From Mobula hypostoma (taxonomy: Eukaryota): 64,000 bases of DNA. The notes beneath the pieces were generated by a model. It did not search any database and was not told the DNA's origin. It saw only the letters and a list, made by a program, of their open reading frames with translations. Made by a program: the position numbers and the translations under genes. Of this stretch, positions 51,054 to 61,100 are shown piece after piece; position 1 is the stretch's first letter, and each line of letters starts with the position of its first letter. The DNA lies in assembly GCF_963921235.1 (NCBI RefSeq), contig NC_086097.1:104782001-104846000 (forward strand), read 5' to 3'.

Positions 51054-52983
51054 ACCTGTGCTGTACCGGGCAGAAAGATCTGCTGAGGGATACCATCGCC
51101 TACGTGCAGGACAAGAGGGTGGACGCCTGCCTGGTCAGCTTGGACCAGGAGAAAGCCTTCGACAGGATATCGCACACGTACATGGCGGATGTGCTCTCCA
51201 AAATGGGATTTGGGGAGGGAATCCGGAATTGGATTAGACTACTCTACACAGACATCCGTAGTGCAGTCCAGGTCAACGGGTGGGAAACAGACAGCTTCCC
51301 CATCAGGTCTGGAGACAGGCAGGGCTGTCCCATCCCCCCTGTCTTGTTTGTCTGCTGCATAGAACCCTTTGTGGAAGCCATCAGGAGGGATGAGGGCATA
51401 AGGGGGGTGACGCTGCCAGGCAGTGGAGGGACCCAAGTGAAAACCTCCCTGTACATGGACGACGTCACCGTCTTCTGCTCTGATCCGAGGTCCGTTCGCA
51501 GGTTGATTGGCACCTGCGAACAGTTCGAGCTAGCGTCGGGGGCCAGGGTCAACCGCACGAAGAGCGAAACCATGCTCTTCGTCAACTGGCCCGACCGATC
51601 CAGTGTCCCCTTCACCATCAGGTCTGACCACGTGAAGGTGTTGGGGATCTGGTTCGGAGGGGCTGAGGCGTGCGACAAGAACTGGCAGGAGCAGACTGCC
51701 AAGGTGAAACAGAAACTGGGACTGTGGGAGGGCGCTCCCTGTTGATAACGGGCAAGAACCTGGTCATCAGGTGTGAGGTACTCTCAGGGCTGCTGTACTT
51801 GGCGCAGGTCTGGCCCGTCCCTCGCTCCTACAGCTCGGAAATCACCCGGGCTGTCTTCAGATTCGTCTGGGGATCCAAGATGGAGCGGGTGAGACGGACC
51901 GTCATGCACAAGTCCCTGGACAACGGGGGCAAGAACGTCCCCAATGTCGCCCTCACCCTGATGGCCATCTTCGTATGTGGCTGCATCAGGTTGTGTGTGG
52001 AACCCAGGTATGTGGGCACCAAGTACCACTATGTGCCCAGGTTCTACCTGTCGCCCTGGCTACGAAGGATGGGTCTGGCCCCACTCCCGCGCAACGCCCC
52101 AGTCAGCTGGTCATTGCCGGCATACCTGTCCTATGTAGCAAAATTCTTCCAGGAGAACGCCTTTGACCACAGGGCCATCAGGCAGTGGTCGGCACGTAGT
52201 GTCCTGCAGGCACTGCAGGAGAAGGACGTGATGGACACAGTGGGGTGGTTCCCTGAGCAGACTGTCCAGTTCATCTGGCAAAATGCCTCATCGCCAGATC
52301 TCACCAACAGGCATCAAGACCTCGCCTGGCTGGCGGTGAGAGGGGCCCTCCCAGTCAGAGCCCTCCTGTACGCCCGGAACATCGTCTCCGCAACCCACTG
52401 CCCACGGGAGGACTGCAGTGAGGAGGAGTCTGTGACCCACCTCTTTGCACACTGCCAGTTCGCAAAGAGGGTGTGGAGGAGGATGGACGGGCTAGTGTCA
52501 CGTTTTATCCCCAGCAGCTGCGTAACAGAGGACTCTCTGATCTACGGGCTGTTCCCGGGGGCGCACACGGAGACCAACATCCGGTGCTGCTGGCAGGAAA
52601 GACGCTCTTTGGTCAGCCCGAAACTTGATGATCTACCAGCACATGGAGATGTCCGTGGGAGAATGCTGCCGACTGGCACATTCTCGGCTGCAGGAGTACG
52701 TGCTGAGGGACGCACTGAAACTTGGTGCAGCCACCGCAAGGGCCCGGTGGGGAAGGACCACGGTATAGGTTTCTCCACCCGTGGGAGTGAGAGGGGTCGG
52801 TGGGCGGGGAGTATACCCCTCAACAATGACATGGTAAGCTGAACTACTGGAGTGCCACGTGGGTGGCTATAAATATGGATATGTACTGACTATAATAGAA
52901 ATGTATGTAAAGGATGAAAAGTTATTGAATGGTTTATTGTATATATTTATTTTTGAATAAGTATATTTTGAAATAAAAAAAAA
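51054..52983 (+). mobile_element. 5'-truncated L1/Tx1-clade retrotransposon ORF2 with poly(A)
   Basis: TCAVPGRKI, SLDQEKAFDRISH, RQGCP, LYMDDV and a C-terminal CCHC finger CPREDC..ESVTHLFAHC. Frameshifts. AT-rich 3' UTR ending AATAAAAAAAAA at 52983. Confidence 0.9.
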
Positions 52984-54966
52984 CACGTATCCCCCCAGTA
53001 CAGTGCCTGTAAAATGACCCCCCCATACAGTGCCTGTATAATGCATTCCCCTGTATGGTGCCTGTAAAATGTCTTCCCCGTACAGTGCCTGTAAAATGCA
53101 TTCCCCTCATACAGTGCCTGTAAAATGTATTCCTTCCCTGTACAGCGCCAGTAAAATGTCCCCCCCCCCCCGTACACTGCCTGTAACATATATACCCTGC
53201 TTACAGTGCCTGTAAAATGTCCCCTCGTACAGTGCCTGTAAAATGTACCCCGGTACGGTACCTATAAAGTGTATTCCCCCACCCCCCATACGGTGCCTGT
53301 AAAATGTCCCGTACCTGTAAAATGTTCCCGTACCTGTACAGTGCTTCTTAGATGTATTCTTCCCCCCCCCCACACAGGGCCTCTAAACTGTATCCCCCCT
53401 GTACACCACCTGTAAAATTCCCCCCCAGTACAGTCCCTGAAAAATGTATTTCCCTCCTGTACAGTGCCTGTAAAATGTGTCCCCCGTACATTGCCTGTAA
53501 CATGTATCTCCCCCTGTACAGTGCCTGAAGACGTTCTCCCCCATACAGTGCCTCTAAACTGTATCCCTACCTGAGAGTGCCTTTAAAAGGTTTCTGCCCG
53601 TGCAGTGCCTGTGAAATGTATCCCCTGTACAGTACCTGTAAAATGTATCCCCCGTACATTGCCTGTAACATGTAACCCCTCCATTCAGTGCCTGTAAAAT
53701 GTATCCCCCATACAGTGCCTGTAAAATGTATCTCCCATACAGTGCCTGTGAAATGTATCCTCCTGTAGAGTACCTGTAAAATGTATCCCCCACTACAGTG
53801 CCTGTAAAATGTCTCCACACCTGTACAGTGCCTGTAAAATGTCCCCCCCCCCATGCAGTGCTTGGAAAATGTGCTCCCATATAGTGCCTGTAAATGCATT
53901 TCCCCCTGTACAGCGCCAGTAAAATTTATTCCTTCCCTGTACAGCGCCAGTAAAATGTTCCCCCTCCCGTACACTGCCTGTAACATATACCTTGCTTACA
54001 GTACCTGTAAAATGTTCCCCAATACAGGGCCTGTAAAATGTACCCTGGTACGGTACCTATAAAGAGTATTCCCCCACCCACCATACGGTGCCTGTAAAAT
54101 GTCCCCGTACCTGTACAGTGTCTGTAAAATGGCTCCCTGTACAGTGCCTCTTAGCTGTATCCCCCCTGTACACCACCTGTAAAATTCCCCCCCCTGTACA
54201 GTCCCTGTAAAATGTCCCCCTCCGTACATTGCCTGTAACATGTAACCCCTCCATTCAGTGCCTGTAAAATGTCCACCCCCGTGCAGTACCTGTAAAATGT
54301 CTCCCCCGTACACTGTGTGTAACACATATCCCCCTGCCCCGTGCAGTGCCTGTGAAATGTCCCCACACCCGTACAGTGCCTGTAAAATGTCTCCACACCT
54401 GTACAGTGCCTGTAAAATGCCCCCCCCGTACAGTGGTTGTAAAATCTTCCCAGTACAGCACCTATAAAATGTATTCCCCCCCACACCCCTGTACAGTGCC
54501 TGTAAAATGTCTCCCTGTACAGTGCCTCTTAGCTGTATCCCCACATACAGTGCCTGTGAAATGTATCCTACTGTACAGTACCTGTAAAATGTATCCCCCC
54601 TACAGTGCCTGTAAAATGTATCCCCCCATACAGTGCCTGTAAAATGACCCCCGTACAGTGCCTGTAAAATGTTCCCCCGTACAGTACCAGTAAAACGACC
54701 CCCCCCCCCGTACGGTGCCAATAAAATGTCCTCCCGTACGGTGCCTGTAAAATGTATCCCCCCTGTACGGTCCCTGTAAAATGTATCTCCCCGGTACGGT
54801 CCCTGTAAAATGTATCTACCCCGTACTGTCCCTGTAAAATGTATCTACCCCGTGTGGTCCCTGTAAAATGTGTCCACCTGTACGGTCTCTGTAAAATGTC
54901 CCCCGGTAAGGTGCCTGTAAAATGTGTCCCCCACCCCCCCGAACAGTGCCTGTAAAATGTCCACCC

Positions 54967-55174
54967 CGGGCCGGGCCGATTTGGTTAACGAATTGTCCCG
55001 GCCAGGTTGGTTAACGAATTGCCATGGCCGGGTAGGTTAACCAATTGCCAGATGCAGCTTGGTTAACGAATTGTCCGGTCGAGTTGGTGCACGAATTGCC
55101 AGGACAGGGTTGGGTAGTCCATTGTCCGTTCTCAGATGCTTAACGAATTGGCAGGGCCAGAGCGGTTACCGAAT
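54967..55174 (+). repeat. Short unrelated tandem repeat, ~26-bp period, core GGTTAACGAATTG
   Basis: AACGAATTG or a variant at ~54987, 55013, 55039, 55065, 55090, 55142 and 55168. Confidence 0.8.
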
Positions 55175-58100
55175 TGTATCTCCCCGGTACAGTCCCTGTA
55201 AAATGTATCTACCCCGTACTGTCCCTGTAAAATGTATCTACCCCGTGTGGTCCCTGTAAAATGTGTCCACCTGTACGGTCTCTGTAAAATGTCCCCCGGT
55301 AAGGTGCCTGTAAAATGTGTCCCCCACCCCCCCGAACAGTGCCTGTAAAATGTCCACCCGTACAGTGCCTGTAAAATGTTCCCACACCTGTACAGTGCCT
55401 GTAAATTGCCCCCCGTACAGTGTGTATATAATGTATCCCCCCATACAGTACCTGTAAAATGTCCCCCCCCGTACACTGTGTGTAACACGTTTCCCCCCCG
55501 TACAGTGTCTGTGAAATGTCCCCACACCTGTACAGTGCCTGTAAAATGTCTCCCTGTACAGTGCCTCTTAGCTGTAACCCCCCGTATTGGGCCTCTAAAC
55601 TGTATCCCCCCTTAACACCACCTGTAAAATCCCCCCCCAGTACAGTCCCTGTAAAATGTATCCTCCCGTACAGTGCCTGTAAAATGTATCGCCCCATACA
55701 TTGCGTGTAAAATATACCCCCCCATATATTGCCTGTAAATTGTTTCCTCCCGTTCAGTGCCTGTAAAATGTATCCCCCTGTACAGTGCCTGTAAAATGTA
55801 TCCCCCTGTACAGTGCCTGTAAAATGTATCCCCCGTACAGTGCCTGTAAAATGTATCCCCCGTACAGTGCCTGTAAAATGTATTCACCCGTACAGTGCCT
55901 GTAAAATGTATCCACCCATACAGTGCCTGTAAAATGTATCCCCTGTACAGTGTCTGTAAAATGTATCCCCCTCCGTATATTGGAACATGTAACCCCTCCA
56001 TACAGTTCCTGTAAAATGCCCCCCCCATGCAGTACCTGTAAAATGTCCTCCCCATACGGTGCCTGTAAAATGTCCTGCTTCGTACACTAACACGTATCCC
56101 TCCCCCCGTACAGTGTCTGTGAAATGACCTCACACCTGTACAGTGCCTGTAAAATGTCCCCCCCGTACAGTGCTTGTAAAATCTTCCCAGTACAGTACCT
56201 ATAAAATGTATTCCCCCCACATCCCTGTACAGTGCCTGTAAAATGTCTCCACACCTGTACCGTGACTGTAAAATGCCCCCCATGCTGTGCCTGTAAAATG
56301 TACCCCCCCCCGTGCTGTGCCTGTAAAATGTCACCCCCGTACAGTGCGTCTAAACCGTATCCCCCCCACCATACGGTGCCTCTAAGCTGTATTCTCTGCC
56401 TGATAGTGCCTGTAGAATGTTCTCGCTGGTACAGTGCCTGTAAAATATCCCCCCATACACTGCCTGTACAAATGTCCCCCCCCGCCCAGTACAGTGCCTA
56501 TGAAATGTCTGTGTCCCCTGGTTAAGTGTCTGTAAAAATGTCTCCTCCACCCGTACAGTGCCACTAAACTGAATCCCCCCATACAGTACCTGTAAAATGA
56601 CCCCACCCCATACAGTGTCTGTAAAATGTATCTCCTGTACAGTGCCTGTAAAATGTTCCCCCTGCCATACAGTGCCTTAAAATGTCATCCTGTACAGTGC
56701 CTATAAAATATATTTCCTCCTGTGCATGGCTATAAAACGTATCTCCTGTACAGTGCCTGTAAAATGTTCCCCACACCCATCCAATACCTGTAAAATGTAT
56801 TTTCCCCGCCGTACGGTGCCTGTAAAATGTATTCTTCCCCCATACAACGCCTGTAAAATGTATTCCCCCCCCCCTACACTGCCTGTAACATGTATCCCCT
56901 GCTTACGGTGCCAGTAAAACGTCCCCCGGTACGGTGCCAGTAAAACGTCCCCCCGTACGGTGCCTGTAAAATGTATCACCCCCCCCCCCCGTACAGTCCC
57001 TGTAAAATGTCTCCCTGTTAAGGTGCCTGTAAAATGTGTTCCCCCCCCCCGAACAGTGCCTGTAAAATGTCCACCCGTACAGTGCCTGTAAAATGGCTCC
57101 CTGTACAGTGCCTCTTAGCTGTATCCCCCCCCATACAGGGCCTCTAAACTGTAGCCCCCCTGTACATCCCCTGTAAAATCCCCCCCCCAGTACAGTCCCT
57201 TTAAAATATATTTCCCTCCCGTACAGTGCCTGTAAAATGTGTACCCCGTATATTGCCTGTAACATGTATCTCCCCCGTACAGTGCCTCTAAACTGTATCC
57301 CCACCTGAGAGTGCCTGTAAAATATTTCTGCCCGTACAGTGCCTGTGAAATGTATCCCCTGTACAGTACCTGTAAAATGTCACCCCCCGTACATTGCCTG
57401 TAACATGTAACCCCTCCATTCAGTGCCTGTAAAATGTATCCCACATACAGTGCCTGTGAAATGCATCCTACTGTACAGTACCTGTAAAATGTATCCCCCC
57501 TACAGTGCCTGTAAAATGTATGCCCCCTACAGTGCCTTTAAAATGTTTCCCCCGTACATTGCCTGTAACATGTAACTCCTCCATTCAGTGCCTGTAAAAT
57601 GTCCACCCCCCCATACATTGCCTGTGACATGTAACCCCTCCATTCAGTGCCTGTAAAATGTCCACCCCCGTGCAGTACCTGTAAAATGTCCCCCCCCCGT
57701 GCAGTACCTGTAAAATCTCCCCCCCTGTACACTGTGTGTAACACGCATCCTCCCCAGTACGGTGTCTGTGAAATGTCCCCACACCTGTACATTGCCTGTA
57801 AAATGTCTCCACACCTGTACAGTGCCTGTAAAATATCCCCCCGTACAGTGCTTGTAAAATCTTCCCAGTACAGTACCTATAAAATGTATTCCCCCCCACA
57901 CCCCTGTACAGTGCCTGTAAAATGTCTCCCTGTACAGTGCCTCTTAGCTGTATCCCCCCTGTACAGGGCCTCTAAACTGTATCCCACCTGTACACCGCCT
58001 GTAAAATCCTCCCCCAGTACAGTCCCTGTAAAATGTATTTCCCTCCTGTACAGTGCCTGTAAAATGTGTCCCCCGTACATTGCCTGTAACATGTATCTCC

Positions 58101-61100
58101 CCCTGTACAGTGCCTCTAAACTGTATTCCCACCTGAGAGTGCCTGTAAAATGTTTCTGCCCGTACAGTGCCTGTGAAATGTATCCCCTGTACAGTACCTG
58201 TAAAATGTCCCCCCCCCATGCAGTACCTGTAAAATGTCCTCCCCCGTGGAGTACCTGTAAAATGTCACCCTCGTACACTGTGTGTAATACGTATCCCCCC
58301 GCCGTACAGTGCCTGTGAAATGTATCCCCTGTACAGTACCTGTAAAATGTCCCCCCCCATGCAGTACCTGTAAAATGTCACCCTCGTACACTGTGTGTAA
58401 TACGTATCCCCCCCCGTACAGTGCCTGTAAAATGTCCCTGCCCGTACAGTGCCTGTGAAATTGTATCCCCCTTACAGTGCTTGTAAAATGTATCCCCATA
58501 CAGTGCCTGTAACATGTAACCCCTCCATTCAGTGCCTGTAAAATTCCCCCCCCAGTTCAGTACCTGTAAAATGCCCCCCTGTGCAGTACCTGTAAAATGT
58601 CCCCCCCGTACACTGTGTGTAACACGTATCCCCCCCGTACAGTGTCTGTGAAATGTCCCCACACCTGTACAGTGCCTGTAAAATGTCCCCACACCTGTAC
58701 AGTGCCTGTAAAATCTTCCCAGTACAGTGCCTGTAAAATGTATTCCCCCCCCATACCCCCGTACAGTGCCAGTAAAATGTCTCCCTGTACAATTCCTCTT
58801 AGCTGTATTCCCCCTGTACACCACCTGTAAAATGTCCCCCCCGTACACTGTGTGTAACACGTTTTCCCCTCCCAAGTGCAGTGTCCGTAAAATGACCCCC
58901 CCGTACTGTGCCTGTAAAATACATTCCCCTCCAGACAGTGCCTGTATAATGCATTCCTCTGTACAGTGCCTGTAAAATGTCTTCCCCGTCCAGTGCCTGT
59001 AAAATGCATTGACCCAGTTCAGTGGTTGTAAAATGCATTCCCTTTGTACACTGCCTGTAACATGTATACCCCGCTTACAGTGCCTGTAAAATGTCCCCCC
59101 CGCCGTACAGTGCTTGTAAAATGTGCTCCCATACAGTTCCTGTAAAATGTATCCCCCCCATGCACTGCCTGTAACATATATACCCTGCTTACAGTGCCTG
59201 TAAAATGTCCCCTCATACAGTGCCTGTAAAATGTTCCCTAGTACAGTGCCTGTAAAATGTACCCCGGTACGGTACATATAAAATATATTCCCCACCCCCC
59301 CCCATGTGGTGCCTGTAAAATGTCCCCGTACCTGTACAGTGCCTGTGAAATGTATCCCCCTTACAGTGCCTGTAAAATGTGTCCCCCGTACATTGCCTGT
59401 AACATGTATCTCCCCCTGTACAGTGCCTGAGAATGTTTTCCCCCCCCACCCCCCATACAGTGCCTCTAAACTGTATCCCCACCTGAGAGTGCCTGGAAAA
59501 TATATACGCCCGTACATTACCCATAAAATGTATCCCCTGTACAATGCCTGTAAAATGTTCCTGCCCATACAGTGCCTGTGAAATGTATCCACCTTACAGT
59601 GCCTGTAAAATGTATCCCCCCTACAGTGCCTGTAACATGTAACCCCTCCATTCAGTGCCTGTAAAATTCCCCCCCGCAGTGCAGTACCTGTAAAATGTCC
59701 TCCCCTGTGCAGTACCTGTAAAATGTCCCCCCGTACACTGTGTAACACGTATCCTCCCCTGTACAGTGTCTGTGAAATGTCTCCACACCTGTACAGTGCC
59801 TGTAAAATGTCCCCCTGTACAGTGCTTGTAAAATCTTCCCAGTACAGTACCTATAAAATGTATTCCCCACCACACCCCCGTACAGTGCCTGTACAATGTC
59901 TCCCTGTACAGTGCCTCTTAGCTGAATCCCCCCGTACAGGGCCTCTAAATGTATCCCCCCTGTACAGTGCCTGAAAACGTCCCCCCCATACAGTGCCTCT
60001 AAACTGTATCCCCACCTTGGAGTGCCTGTAAAATGTATCCACCCATACAGTGCCTGTAAAATGTATCCCCCATACATTGCCTGTAAAATATACTCACCCG
60101 TATATTGCCTGTGAAATGTATCCTCCTGTACCATGCCTGTAAAATGTATCCCCCATACAGTGCCTGTAAAATGTATCCCCCCGTATATTGGAACATGTAA
60201 CCCCTCCATACAGTTCCTGTAAAATGTCCCCCTCCCCCATGCAGTACCTGTAAAATGTCCTCCCCTTACTGTGCCTGTAAAATGTCCCCCCCCCCGTACA
60301 CTGTAACACGTATCCCTCCCCCCCGGTACAGTGTCTGTGAAATGTCCGCCCCCCCCCCCCAGTACAGTGCCTATAAAATGTCTGTGCCCCCTGGTTAAGT
60401 GTCTGTAAAATGTCTCCACCACCCGTACACTGCCTCTAAACTGAATCCCCCCATACAGTACCTGTAAAATGACCCCCCCATACAGTGTCTGTAAAATGTA
60501 TCTCCTGTACAGTGCCTGTAAAATGTCCCCCCGCCATACAGTGCCTTAAAATGTCATCCTGTACAGTGCCTATAAAATATATTTCCCCCTGTGCATAGCT
60601 GTAAAACATATCTCCTGTACAGTGCCTGTAAAATGTCCCCCCCCCGTACATTGCCTGTAGCATGTAACCCCTCCATTCAGTGCCTGTAAAATGTCCCCCT
60701 CATACATTGCCTGTAACATGTAGCCCCTCCATTCAGTGCCTGTAAAATGTATACCCCATAGAGTGCCTGTGAAATGTATCCTCCTGTACAGTGCCTTTAA
60801 AATGTATCCCCCGTACATTGCCTGTAAAATGTCCACCCCACCCGTACATTGCCTGTAACATGTAACCCCTCCATTCAGTGCCTGTAAAATGTCCACCCCC
60901 GTGCAGTTCCTGTAAAATATCCCCCCGTGCAGTACTGTAAAATGTCCCCCCTGTACACTGTGTATAACACGTATCCCCCCTACAGTGTCTGAAATGTCCC
61001 CACACCTGTACAGTGCCTGTGAAATGTCCCCACACCTGTACAGTGCCTGTAAAATATCCCCCTGTACAGTGTTTGTAAAATCTTCCCAGTACAGTACCTA

